In this document: positions 26,073-40,042 of the stretch, piece after piece
Position numbering within the stretch: the first letter of the stretch is position 1
Layout of the letters: every line of letters begins with the position of its first letter
DNA from: Balanoglossus misakiensis
Lineage: Eukaryota > Animalia > Hemichordata
NCBI GenBank assembly: GCA_040954595.2
Contig: CM082576.2
Coordinates: 5,893,129 to 5,957,128 of the forward strand
Length of the DNA stretch: 64,000 nt
Direction of reading: 5' to 3'
Made by a program: the position numbers and the translations under genes
The notes under the pieces: model-generated
The model's database searches: none
What the model saw: the letters and a program-made list of their open reading frames with translations, nothing else
What the model was told of the DNA's origin: nothing

Positions 26073-29000
26073 GGTAAACAGAGCTTACTGAAACACATAC
26101 TGTGTATTATTTTCACATTTAGATCACAGTGCATGCGCTGTTGTAACAGGTAGTCATTTGCCCCACATAAATAGGCCAAAATATACCGTCTACCTGAAAG
26201 ACACGGATAACCCTATCGAGACTAATACTATTTTTATATTCCCGGCGTCATACCTACCACGGAAAAAGGATATGAACACTGCAAATAAGTTTTCGGGCAT
26301 TTTCGGATTTCCGATACTCAGATTCTATCTCCGATTGAATTTCGTGTATGAGGTCGTGGCTGCCATGACTAATTTTATGACTGCGGGCGAGAGGAAAACA
26401 AAATTAATGGGTTCGGGTTTGCTTCTAAGCGCGCAAATGAAGAATAATCATCTGGATATCAGCCGTTATCCTGTGGTTGAATTTAAGGTATCTTAAAAAG
26501 TTCATTAATTTGGGATTTGTTGAAGTTTGACTTAAAATATTATCTGAATTTAAGCTGAATTGTTACAATGACAACTGCAGTGATTATTCCGCATACCAGG
26601 AAAAGTAAGTGCATATAGGAGGGTTAAACATCGCTGGAGATCCGCAGCCTACAGCATGCTACTGTATACTCTCTCGCTATCTCTCTCTCTGCCGTTCCAA
26701 CAACAAAAAAACCAACCGAGAAAGTGGGTGGGCTCGCCTACAGATCTGCAGTATTTGCTTCCATCCAAACCTTTTCATTTGATGAATGTCTCCCCTTGTG
26801 TCTTTGCGCATGTCTTGAAGCAAGGTAGATGTTTTGTTCATCGGCATTGTACAAAGATCTGACATGCACGCCCTGAATAGAATAGAGTCTTCTTGGTATA
26901 TTGCAGAATCGGACAGAGCTTTTCTTTTAAACAAAATTCCCTATGGGTATACTACTGACATTTAAACGCAAGAGTTCATCGTGTTTCTGCGACACATATC
27001 TGGCATAACTCCTTTTTTACATATCAACTGATACTATAATGATTTTCAATAATGATTGCCCGATAATAATATAAAATTATTACTAACATATAAATTACAT
27101 CTATTACTAAAACGTTTTGTCTACAATCAATTTGACATAAAGTAATCAATGCCCTCATCCCTCCCTGTCTCCCTCCCTGCCCCCTCCTTCCTTCCCTACC
27201 CCCCAAAGACAATGTTGGTATTGTCTGAAATTATTTGATGTGTTCAAATCAATGATAATGTATCGCAACAACATCACAGATCAGACACGTTCTAATTATT
27301 CAAATATCCAAATATTTCTCGCTGACCACGCAAGATAATCATCTTCGCGTTGAATGATTGTCTTGTGTGCACCTGCAAGGAAGGCTGAAGAAGTAAAATT
27401 AATACCCAGGGATAAGTAACATTCATTAAACCCGTTATTTTGCGATGGCAGGCAACGTCTGCCGGCATTTGTAGCAATTATTTTGTATTACACCTTCTGG
27501 ACATAGCGCATCGTTACCAACAGTCCTTTATTTCAAATGGCCAACCGTGAAACATTCTGTACCATGTATCCTATTTTTAGTTTGATGAGTAGGCAGCTAG
27601 AGAAAGTATTAACTAGGCCGTGGACATTTAGCATTCAGATGTGGAATTCAACCGGAATAAGTTATTTGTTTACGACGAGGTGTTCTGCTTTAATTGGTTT
27701 CCTTGGACATTCATAAATTCGCTGATTGTAAATCTGGGGATGATCTGAAAGGATATATGTGACCAGAACATTGCGGAGTAAACATGCCCTCTGGTTTCAA
27801 GCCATATTAAAATGGTTAAAGATAGTGCGCGTAGTCGACAAGATCACTTTGTCTGCAACGTGCTTGGCACATCTCACTTGGATACGTGGCGAGAATATGA
27901 TTGCTGGGCTTCTTCTGACCACGGAGCCAAAGTATCTAGACGTGGCAGAACTTAACAAGACAGACAAAGCTTAAATCCCAAATCTCCCATTCACCCCATA
28001 AGCTAATCTCGGATCATAGGCGAATCGACATAATAATACGATACATTATCAGTAATAATCTGGATTGATGACGTCACGGATATCACTGGTATTGACAAAG
28101 CTCTACTGTACTAGTCAAAAACGACTGAGCTGTGTCTTGGGGGACGCGGAGTCTAGTTGTTCACTACTGCAGTTTACTTCTATTTGTACAGTGTGGCTGC
28201 AGCCGGTTTAAACTCGTTTACACCGGCATGATTTAGTGTTTAAATGTTCAAACGTAAACTATTATGTTTCCGTGTATTTTATTTGTTATACAAAGCTGCA
28301 TGATATATTCTGGCGAATAAATATTGTTGTTTCCGAGATTTGTTTTTACTCTACCTTCGGGCTCATTTAGTATAAATGTTTACGGTGATAAATTAATGTG
28401 GTCGCCCTAACCTAAATGCACTTTATCTTAAATACATCATCTGGCGGAGAGATTTAATGCAGGTACCGTATGGCATTGTATAGGCCATTAGTCTAATCCA
28501 CCATTAAACTTGAACTTGGGATTGATTTATTAAGGTTCCGGTTTAATGTTGCTACTAATCACTACCTGTGATTAACCTGAACTGCCCCAAGGTGATAAAG
28601 AATTGACAAAACAAAGATTGGCAATAGTATTCTGGTCAACATTAATGACACTAACAACGTTTGGCATAAAGATGGCATTTGGTTATTTAGTATGTATGTA
28701 TGTCACACTTGTAGCCTAATGTAAAAGACTCTCTAGACCTTGCGAGGATGCATGCGTTGTAACCCTTCTGAGTTATCTCGAAGCGAGGGAAGACCACTAC
28801 GCACCTCTTGCCAAGTCTACTTCTACTAATCAGAAACATCACTCAGAGCAAGATGTTTGGAACACGACGACCCAGCTAGCTTTATAACATCGAATCACCC
28901 CCTGCTGAATCACCGAGATAGTTTGAACTCTGCAAACGCTTTTCGAAGAGGCGTCAAGAAAGCAATTACATCTCTGTAAATTAGTCATCGTTTGATTGAA

Positions 29001-29327
29001 ATAGCGATTGTACAAATCACAGAAAGATCCGCTCTTGAGGTTAAGCGAGGTTGTTGATACATTTGATACATTAAAAGTTTAGTTCTACACATATACACAT
29101 TTATGTTTAGCTTGACAGGATGTTGCTGTGGGCCCATCACTGACTCATCAACTACACACAGTCGAGCAATACAGAAAACCATCGTGTTCATCTGCTGGTG
29201 GGCTTGTTAAATTGAACGGAAAACAGTTGTCAGTGAAAAAGATTGCGTGCAATCAAGCATTGAGAATGATCTATTTGGTACGGGTGGTCTACCTGATGTG
29301 TTCATACTTTTTCCCTCATTTTTTGCT

Positions 29328-29510
29328 TGATTTATCTTTTTAATATCAGAATTCAATGCCTGGAAAAACTTTGCGTACGCATGTAAATTTTAAGCAGTGA
29401 ATGCGTTGCTATAGATAAATAATTGTTGATTTATATTTTTAATATCTGACTTTCAATGCTTTGAAAAACTTTTCAGCAATGAATGCGTTTCCATGGATAA
29501 ATAATTGTGT
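29328..29510. repeat. Diverged tandem duplication of about 100 bp in globin intron 1
   Basis: GATTTATCTTTTTAATATCAGAATTCAATGCCTGGAAAAACTTT...GAATGCGTTGCTATAGATAAATAATTGT recurs as GATTTATATTTTTAATATCTGACTTTCAATGCTTTGAAAAACTTT...GAATGCGTTTCCATGGATAAATAATTGT. Confidence 0.8.
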
Positions 29511-31059
29511 TCCCAAACACTTTCAAAAAATAAAATATCATGTCAACAAAGCAATAATTTGGGGGTTTCTAAAAAGAGAACAGTGTGTTGTCATTACGGG
29601 GGTAGCGTACTGCTGGAAAACGTACACATTTTTTAAAGAGAGAAACGTCTATTTGCAAAGGAAAGGGTGGCTTTATTGTGTCGATTGGCAAATGCATAAA
29701 CTCCATAATATATGGTTGTTGAAGGACTATCATGACCTTAATTTACATATGCCCATATATGGTAGACGTGTCCGAGTCTTCGGAGTGGGTGGTGGCGAAA
29801 TTTCTTTGCGTGGACACCCATTAGAAATCTGTGATTGGACAGATCTCAGCTTTCCATGGCAACTGTGGTCAAATTTGCATAAGTGACCAGACTATCTAGC
29901 AACCGTTTCCAGCAGCACCGTCACTGATAAACTCGAGAAACTCAATACCGACAGGAGTCGACGATATAATGGAATTGGACCTCAGGGGAATACAACCTTG
30001 CTATACGTATCACATTGCATTCACATTAAAATAAAAATCCGATTCAATAGCGATAATCATATTCGACAGCCCTCGATGATAACAGCTATGGATTCTGTAT
30101 GCGTGTTACTGTTAAGACGGCTGGATGTTCACAAACTAAAGGTGGGACCATATGGTGTGTATGGGGTTCCCGTGGAATTCAGCCATTGTCTAAAACCAAG
30201 AACTTCAATGACAACAATTCAACCTAGGGATAAGCTAATCCAAAACCACACATGATACAAAAATAAAACATATGGACCTTTTCTTTTTCCAATAGGGCGG
30301 TTTGAACTCAAATATGACTATATTTCTGTACTGCAGCTTTGATTATCAGGTATTTCATGTATTTTTCACCACGCTGATGCCTAAATTTTTGAAATAATAC
30401 ATGCATAGATTATTACAGTACGAACCACCAACACACTGTAGAAACGCAATATGGCAGAAGAGTTCCAACGGAAGACGCTCAACTACACGAACTACACGAA
30501 ACACTGTTAAACAAAATTTAACACATATCACAAAGTTGTATTCACCAGCCTGGCGAAAGTCATGGTGATCTAGTTTGCCGATCAATGAATCAATTAACCG
30601 TGTTGCATTGTGGGGAGTGGCAGCGAGGGCAAGATATCGCATGTAAGTGGTATACCGGTCAGGGACGCCGATTCACGGGCTATAATGATCAAACTGTCAT
30701 GCATCTCAAAGAAGCCGGTTCGTACGTGACGTAAACAGTTTTCCCAGAACTCCGTTTATGGAGAGCACGCTGTTTTTCAGTGGCTGACGCATGCCAAGGT
30801 GAGCATCGTCTCAGGGGAGCATGGGTATACAAAAGCTTGGCTTCGGGCGAGTTTGTTTTTGAAGCCAAAGGTTCTCGAAAAGATTGAACCAAATTTACAG
30901 TGAGTATAATACTCTTAAGTTTGACGACGTTTGACAAAGTTGTATGTCTATTGTAAAAAGCAACTGTCAATTTTCTTCAAAACATGATAATAAGCATATT
31001 TGTATTATCCCACATGGCCTTTAAAGACTAAACGTCATTCCATATTTTCTTTCTCTTAT

Positions 31060-31087
31060 CTGAGATATGCCAGAGACAGACAGATGT

Positions 31088-31120
<33 letters not shown>

Positions 31121-31192
31121 TACCGGTATATAGAGACAGACAAAATTGTATATCCATTCATTAGTTCGCTCCTGTGAACACGAGAACTAAAA
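31060..31192 (+). mobile_element. Helentron/DINE-1-like 3' end: (GACA)n microsatellite plus terminal hairpin
   Basis: TGAGATATG, then a (GACA)n run at about 31075-31142, then TTAGTTC-16 nt-GAACTAA stem (31161-31190) followed by AA. Confidence 0.55.
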
Positions 31193-34100
31193 TCACAAGG
31201 TTGATCACCATGCACGTGACAGCCTAAAGAACGCTATCCAATTATGTCGATTAAATGTGTTTGGTGCGGTGCACATCATCGGCCATCATCTAAAGCACAG
31301 CAAATTACATCATGGAAATATATTAGCCAAAGTCTCATTAGACACTTCAAAGACAGCGACTGGTAATTTAAAACTGAATTTTGGTACTAGTTATCGGCGG
31401 AAGCAATTTATTTCTAATATTTCAGTTCCAGATGTTTCTTCTGCCGAACATATTGATGTTAATGCGTGCATTTAACTTTTAAGATCGTTCTCCTGGGAAG
31501 TCCTTTATGAGCTGGTAAATCACTTTTCCATTCAGTTATATATTCTCATTATTTCTACGTCTGATGAAAAGACAGATCTTCAACATATTTACTTTCTCTG
31601 AATCGGTGTTCTGATTGTTTCAATAAAGTTAATGATGCACAAAGGGCACACAGGAAATATTTGGAAAATAATGTTAATATTGGGTACATACCGCACATAA
31701 AAAACGTACAATTCCACTCAACCTGACTAATAGTAGATATCGGCAATTGGCGAAACATTATGGACAGTTTCCCCATCCATTTTACTGTTTGATTTCATCT
31801 AACGTAGTATTGACTGTTTTGTACTCACAGATCATTCTAACAAGCATGTTAGCAACCTTTTAGCAACCTTCAAGAAATTATTCAAGGATTCGTTTCTTAA
31901 TTTTCAAAATATGATGATGTGAAACCACTGGCAATTGAACAATTTGACATGTAGACGGCTGTATAGAAGGATAGGGAAAACAACAGACGGACCAAGAGGG
32001 ATACATGTCCCAGGAAATGCATTTCGAATTCAAGGCAAGCACGTAAAATTACCATGGTGTTTTTTCACTCACAGTTCAATCTCTGCCATCTTCACTGCCA
32101 ATCCACGACCCAGAAATAGTTACTGCTATTGAACACACGTACCCCCCTTGCAACACTAACGCTGATTTGAATGCCATCTTGATTAAAAGGATACTCGGAG
32201 ATCAGGGCGAAGTTTAACAGGAGCACAGGAGCAAAGAGAGACAAAAGCTAATGGGTATTATCATGGGAATCACCCCCACAAGCACTGAAGCACTCTACAT
32301 GCAACTCCGAGAATGTTAAAGTTCTTATGAAAACAGATTCAATAACACGACCACTCATAACATGACATGTACATCCTTTTCTGTTCAGGGTTGACATGAA
32401 TTAACCAGTCAGTACAGAAAGGATCTATAATCACTGAGGCGTTTCACAGAGCAACTGGGACAAATATCAATCAGCCTAAGTCAACATCTATGTTTCATTT
32501 CCTTGATCATCCTCCCTCCAAAGTATCTCTCTCAAAGCTTCACTTTAAACCTGAGTCTTTCATTTGTTTCCGTAGCCGTAAATACCCGCTGTTCATAGGT
32601 TTCTGGGGGGACAGTCGTACAGCATGTAGGAGAAAGTTTTTCACCGCACTTGAATATATACAATCTGTAACACCATGGCATTATCTCATCCAGTAATCTT
32701 GTCGGTAACAAATGTCCTCACGCATAGTGAGAAGTTTAGCACATGCAGTTTAACACAATGCCGATCAGGTTTTTCCCATTTACGGGTGAGTTGATAACAA
32801 TCAACCTCTTTCTGGAGACGAAATTGGGAATTGTATAACATCGTGATTGCTTTAGTAATCAAGATCAGAAAGTCCGATACTGGTAATGCTCTCAAGACTC
32901 TTCAGCGGCAGTTACCTACGCACACCACGTGACACTTTTCTCGAGCTTAATCGAATGATATGCCTGCTTTCCTCAAACAATATCCTAGTGTACATGTACA
33001 TGTGGCAATGATATTCTGATGCATTTTGACTATAGTACTAGCCGTCATTATTTACAGAATGCTTTAATAAAAAGCTGAGGAATGTTTGCAACTTAGGCTA
33101 TACCCCATAGGCTGGCAAGAGTGGAATATCGTGGGAAATTGAAGACAGTAAAGTTGTAATCATCTTTCTTGTCATGTGATATATTCTGGGCGATAACAGG
33201 GCAAAGACACAAATGTGAAACGTGTGGTAAACATATTCAATGACGCAGAACCTCCAGAAAGCAATGAAGTTTATAATTTCAGATATTGCTTCCAGTTCCA
33301 CAGGTTTGGACGACAAACGAAACAAAACGTGCAGCTCTGCACGTGTCATGGTCAGATTCAAAATTGCAGCTTGCGTGGACAAAGTAATTGAAAATCCAGT
33401 TAACTGTTCCCTCGATCGTCAGCCAGTTAAAATGGTAGACTTGCCTGATGAATATCCCTACCTTTAATCGATGAAGTCTGCGTCATTATGCCTAACTTAA
33501 TTGCATCAGTAAATGCCAATGTATTGTGATCATGCCACTTCTCCAATAAAAATGCAATACCCAAGACCCCATTGTTGCATGCTTCATCGAATTTAACTAA
33601 GCTAGTTGTCCAAAATAAATAACCTTTACTTTAAATTACACCCCATGAAATAATGATGCAAAATACCATGTAAAACTAGCCATTAAGAGGCCTGGCAATC
33701 TTGTTTTTGATGGTATTCTTTCTCAGCATGATAATCAGGTTTCGGCAGTTAGAATCAAGATATCTGCTTCAATCGTTCAGTATTTGTTCGGTGTATGATG
33801 CTTCTTTTCTCCAGAAGAAAAATATAAAGTGCCAGCGAGTTTTATTGAAATAAGACACCAATAAATGTGATTCTATGAACACTTATGAGAAGTTCTTTAA
33901 AAAAGTTTTTGTCCGATGTCCGATATCTATTTCGAACAAGTTCGACCCTATAATTCATCAACTTCCAAGCAATGAAGAAGAAAAAAATGTCCAGCCACGA
34001 CAAGTTTAAAAATTGTTCTGCTCGGGGAGGGAAACTATGTGCATATCTTTTTATTCACATCCTGAAATGCAACGCCGGACTTCAAACGTCCGGTGATGCC

Positions 34101-34949
34101 CGAGGAATCTTTACTCTTAATAAGGTTATTGTGCTTTCGTTGAAGAGGATAATTCGAGTACTCTCAGATATGTTGAGGCGCTACGCGGAATATGATACAT
34201 GAGGCGCGTAGTTTTTTTTTATACCAATGCGTCCCTTGGGTCATAATTCCATTAATAAAGTTAAGAACGGCATTTAATTAGATTTACGCTATTAAAACCT
34301 TTGTGGCGCTGGCGACATCTTTCCACATCAATTTCATGATAGATCATGCAATTTGACTCACTTAGGGGTGTATGTCTGCTTGTTCCTGCAATTCACACTA
34401 CCTTATATAGGTTTTTGCTACTTAGGTGAGTGATAACAATCTCATACAGTCGACAATCTCAAGATGGCGGATTTCTGCAATGTTTAAAATGCGAATTCAT
34501 CCGATTTCAGTAAAACAAGTCAAGTCAACATATATCCATCGAGACTTCTCAACTCTCACGAGGTCCAATGAACTATTGACATACATACCACAGGCACCGC
34601 AGTGGAGAGGGGTGTTCAAGTCCTCGATTATTAGAATTGCCTATTTAGTTTTAAAAGCTCACGGATTTATTGAATTGTGTGCATCATGTTACTGCGTCAA
34701 TATTTTCCAGCAGCGATATAATTGTAAACGCACATATGGACCTATAATTCATAGTTCATAATTTGAGCGCAATCATTTACGAGAATGTCGTCATCCCCTT
34801 TATTTGACACAACTACCAATATATTAATCACCTGACCACCTTTTGCAAAAATGGCCACGCGCTTCTTTTCAATTTTTGGCTGTCTTATCACAGATGCTTA
34901 TGGCAAAAATTATTATCCTATAGATATATATGCATGTATGATAAATGGG

Positions 34950-35093
34950 TTATTACACGAAATTTTATTGCTATCGATAATCGGCTTTGCATTCAAGTGA
35001 CAATATATCGACTCGTTGCTGTGCAACTCGTCAAAATCTGGTCACATCACTCAAACACAATGCCGTATCGATCAAGCTTCGTGCATGCAATAA
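34950..35093. repeat. Degenerate palindrome of about 145 bp (old foldback/MITE-like element)
   Basis: Left arm TTATTACACGAA...ATCGATAATCGGCTTTGCATTCAAGTGA pairs imperfectly with right arm TCACTCAAACACAATGCCGTATCGAT...TTCGTGCATGCAATAA. The centre is ACTCGTTGCTGTGCAACTCGT. Confidence 0.6.
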
Positions 35094-38000
35094 TTCGTAA
35101 TTGCACACCGTAAAATACAACTACTTTATGACACATTGGCGCCTAATCCCCACTAAGTATTCTTTTCCATGGGGTTTACCGCTGGAAACCCCGTCTCTTT
35201 TAGGGGTTTTGCCACGGGTGCGGTTGAATCAAGCATCAAACCCCTCTTTGACTCGAGCCATACATCTCAAAATATTACGAGTCTCATTTTTATTAAAATG
35301 GTTAGTTTTTTCTTATACTCACACACCCATAGTATAGCCCTATATATAGGCCTGTGAATGGCGTTGTTCATTAACAGATTGGCATCTAGCTTAAGCCATT
35401 AAAAACTCTTGACTATCGTTTATAGCGTTGTTCAGGTTGCCCAGGAGATAGAATTAGTGTTTCTTGATGCATAAACAGTCAATCCCACTCGAAAGCGAAA
35501 TTGCAGCGGCAGTGTAAGTCGAACCAATTTCTATTTTAAGCAGGCTGGTAACAGAGTAGAAATAGTATCTAATTCGAGGGTTTTTAGAGATGTTTACAAA
35601 CGTCTTTTCATGCCGCTGACGACATGTGGACGGACTGTGCAAATACTTTTAAGTGCCGGTCTCTTCCCTTTGAAGTAGTCCATGTGGAAATCTTATCACG
35701 CAATCGTCTCGGAGGGCGAAGGGCGTGTAATGAAATATTCCGGTTTCCATCGAGAGAAACATGAGCAACAAGCTAGTCTGAGAACGTTCTTCCTTGCTTC
35801 GATAACTTTCCCTTGGATTAAAGAATTTGAGACAATATGTAGCGCGCAATACCACAGGAAAGTTCGAAACGTTTTTGAAGTTCACGGAAAGTTCCACAAT
35901 TGCGGTGGGTGCCAAAGTCTTTAATATTACAGCGTTTGTAAGAGAAGCAACGCAGAAATCTACGAAATCAACGTAATCCTTGGGTTATATATATCTTCGT
36001 ATTCGAGTTTTACTTAATGTCCAGTATCGTTTTTATGTCGTAAGCTTGTGTGTATAACATTCCAGTAAAGTTAAACGTAATAGGGGCTATTTATAACGTA
36101 TGACCATGCATGGACAATACAAACGCAACGCAATGTGTCTTCGTAGTAACCTTAAACCAAATGTCATTTTGCAGCGAATCAGGAAGCAAGATTATTCCAA
36201 AATTAATATTATTCAAGAATCATGCAAATTTAATAGACGACTTTCATGACCCCTATTTGACGTTACATCCTCGTACTTCCGTTGGTACGGTGTTGTCAAC
36301 ATTCAACATTTTGGGAAAAGAAGCGCGCAAAATGTAGCTTGAATAAGAGCCACTTTTGTAATTCAGTACATCATTTATTGATGACAACTGCAATTATGGC
36401 ATGTTTTGTAGAGGTTTTAGTCAACCTAATAGATTAATGGCAACAGAAATACGAGGATGTAAGGTCATGAAAATGGCATATTAGTAACAGCATCCAGCCA
36501 AAATAGAACGCTCCAGTCACTCAATACAAGAGTACTCTCACCCGAATACGCGTCGACTGTATTGGGACTCCGAAGTACTCAAATAAGGCAAATGAGTGAA
36601 CGAGTTATCGCCATAGGTTACAGCAGTAGGAGCCACCTGGAAGTGCGTCTTATCTCCCGGTGAACCTTTCATTTTGCCTGTGTGCATTTACAGGAGAACA
36701 CTCAGGTTTAAACTGAAGGAGTAATTTATGGCACTCAGGGTCAGATTCTTCGGAGCCGAAGATGAATGAACAGCGACTGAGGGAAGAGGGGCTGGGAATT
36801 GCGTTTTGTTGTTAATTGGATATGATGACCATAACAGTCCTGCCCGTCTGAGGGTGACGTGTGCGTCTCATGTTCAATACACGGTTTCCATGGCATCGGC
36901 TGTGATTCACGCGTTCAGTTTGAGGCATGATTATCTAAATAAAAGACGATGCTAGTCTGAGGATCCGGTAATTTCAAAGGCCACCGCCGAGAGTTGTGTG
37001 CCTTGATTTGTCGCTCGGAAATTGGAAAAGTAAAATCCCATTAAACATCTAAGTGACCCCTCTCCGAGCTGCTGTCTTGTGAAAAATGATTGAAGGGATG
37101 TTCCAGTCGAGTGATTGATTGATTGGTCTCGTACAATAATCACCCTAAATCTGCGTGCTGGGTCATGTAAATAATGCCAAACTCTTTATTAATACGGTTT
37201 CCAGACACTGAACCACGGGGACAATTGGTGTGTCGTTATCATGGCAGTAAGACGGACAAATAATTGGTGTGCTGTTGATGAATGCCTATCCACGCTAGTG
37301 GTACTTGACTATTCATGTGACGCGATGCCTCGTACATTGCCTGAGTGTATAACTACGGGTTGCGTGTAGATGCGTAACGTTGATAGGGTCGTTATGCATC
37401 GTTTTATTTACTTCATCCGTTATGGCTTATCCATCACCCTCTACACTGGCAGTTACTGCTATTTCGACTTAAGTAAGGCAACTTCAGTGGCGTTCCAATG
37501 TTCTGCGCTTAGGCAGAATGAACTGCAGTGTAACCATGAGTAGGTATTTTAGTACTTTTGTCGATTTCCGCCCCAAGGATATAAAATAAAATTTATGTGG
37601 ATATTTACCGTGAGAGGGAACATCCCAGCTGTGCATTTTGAATGCCAAGTTTTGTATTTTTCTTGTCATGTGTCAGGCATATGCTCACGAAATTTAACAC
37701 GATTCCGTAATTCATCCGCTATGAAAATGTAAAAAGAAAGGTCAGCCACTTTTCCCTGCTGCCTGGTATGGTTTCGGAGATTTAAGTCAGGCGGCCGGGG
37801 GCTGCGTGGGCTCCTTCCCGAGTGACGCAAGAACTAGATACCGTGACTCTTTAACACCATCTGAAAAGTTACGATTGATTGAGAAGTCAAAGAAGTCATC
37901 CATTGAAGAACCCCCAAGGGTTGAGCAAAACCATTACTGCAAATGGTTGAATAATTAAAACGGCCTGTGATTCGAGTTGGGCGTCGGGGATCAGAGGGCG

Positions 38001-39497
38001 AAAATGATGAGGAATCCATAATGGTTATGGTGTACGGCCTCGTCCATTAATCAACCCGTCTGTTAAGAATGAAAACGTTATTGAGAAAAGTTTCAATGAA
38101 TCCCTCGAGATATAATACCATCAATTCTCCTGGGGGATGCGTCTTGACAATTCTACGGAGACCAATTGGTAAAACTATACCATCTAACGGAGGCCATAAC
38201 TACAAGTCTAGAAATCGTACCCTCAAGGTACGAAAGGAAATATAAGTTTAGACCTACACGCTAGAAAGTGTATACCCTGTATCATATAGGTATTTTATGC
38301 CTTGTCGCGACTACAGAATACATTCAACTAAACATTTATGAAGACCCACATTAAACATTAAACGTGATGGTGTTCCTTAAGGTTAACAAGCACATATGGG
38401 TTCCCGTTAAAGGGATTCAGGCGATGTGATCAGTTTATTGCACCCCTAATTTCTGGCCCAGCACAAGAAATATATGCTAACAGCTAATAAACCACAAATA
38501 TGCGAACTCACAGGTTTGGCTGTAGACTAGTGCCCAGCCGTAGGTTTATACCGATTTCATTTCTCGAAGCGAAACCTACGGCTAGGCACGAGACTAAGTT
38601 CTTTACTAAACCATCTACTTTAGCATGACCGCCCTGTTCAGTTGTGCGACTGCAATTGGTGTTGAATCTTATCGATCTAATAGATTGTCGAGAGCTCAAT
38701 GTGAGTTGCTGTGCCATTTTTAGCACAAAACAAAACGTAAATACCATATGTCATGACTATTGCGTTAAATTGCTCTATTGGGAACTTGCCCTGCCTACCT
38801 ATTCTAGGGGGGGGGGGTGAAAATTGTTAGTGAAATTGCTTAAAATCTGATTTCACAACAATATATTGTTTAAAAACGACTTTCGAATTAATGCTTACAG
38901 AGCCACAAAAACTGAAGAAAGAAGTGATAATAAAAATGAAAAAAAAAACATGTATAGTATACCCTTTGTTAGCTTCCTTTAAATTGACTCTCAGGAAACG
39001 GTTTAACTGTGTATATATCGCTATTAAATTGATAGGAAATAATGCGCGCCTGCAGCAAAATCCAATCAGTGGAATATTTGGGATTACAAGCAAAAGCACG
39101 CTCGAGACGAATCTCCACGTAAAACCAATCTGTGTCCACAGACTGTTCTTACTTCGCGGGCTCAATCATCCACGTTCTGGGATACGAGATACAGAATAAC
39201 GTCATGGCCAGCAGCGGAACGTGTTGTACCATATGTGCACCGACATTCTACATTCACCGGCTGAATAGGGTCGATTAGCCTTCAACGAGTTGCCATCGTT
39301 TGATCGCATTCAAATGTGCATAGTTTCTGTTAAACACTGCATGGGAATTTAATTGCGTTGATCAGAATAAGATTTTGGGGGGTAAAATTTCGCCTGCGAA
39401 TTGTCTGTATCTGTACCATCTGGTGATGCCATAAAGCTTCAGCTCTAAAGAGATTATACGTACGCTGCATGTATACGTACTTACACAAGCGACCTAC

Positions 39498-39685
39498 CTG
39501 ATAAACATGGATTTCCCCGTGTTCTCCATATTCCTTGCTATGCCTTTCCACGACTTTGTTATCTGAAATCTCTGTCGGGTTGTCAGGGGGAGTCTCTTGT
39601 CCAGCGCTTCTGGTTTCTTTTTAGTGTAAGGGTCGGCGTCCTTACTCGCGGGCGAGTCTTGGTTTTTGGAAACTGAGCAGCCCAT
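39498..39685 (-). CDS. GbXL: Globin X-like (membrane-anchored globin), coding exon 1
   Basis: MGCSVSK...DKRLPLTTRQRFQITKSWKGIARNMENTGKSMFI-R. Gly2/Cys3 acylation motif plus helices A-B with A12 Trp. Ends ATC AG|GTAGGT, a phase-2 intron at globin position B12.2. 188 nt. Confidence 0.93.
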
Positions 39686-39995
39686 GTTGACTTAGTTCTC
39701 TAGAGCATTGGCGAGAGCCGCGGAGGGTATTTGCGGCAGGAATGGGTCAAACACAGCACACACAGAGTTCGCCCCTTCTTCCCCTTGCGGAGGTCTCAGT
39801 TGTCAGAAATATCATCAAACACGTAAATGGGAGACCACTGTCGACAACCTGTCTCGGCAACCGCCAGTGATTTCGTAGTCAATCAATGAGGGAACATTCC
39901 AACGAGAAGGGTTCAACGTGTCCTCGGCTACGCTCGGCTCTCGAAGAGCGTCAACCAGCTGCACAGTTCTGTCGAAACGCGACTCTTGTATCCGT

Positions 39996-40042
39996 CTGAG
40001 AAAAAAAATACGGAGTTCGTTTCCGGGGTCTGTGTATATAAT
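39996..40042 (-). promoter_or_regulatory. TATA-like element and pyrimidine tract/AG upstream of the globin ATG (core promoter, or 5'UTR splice acceptor)
   Basis: Minus strand reads GATTATATACAC...CGTATTTTTTTTCTCAG|ACGG, about 310 nt upstream of the ATG, in a CpG-richer stretch. Confidence 0.35.

Noticed and set aside
26677-26934. Alternative globin first exon (MSDLC...QIC-R, phase-2 compatible)
   Set aside because: The donor would be a weak GCGAGC, and the peptide lacks similarity to globin helices A-B.
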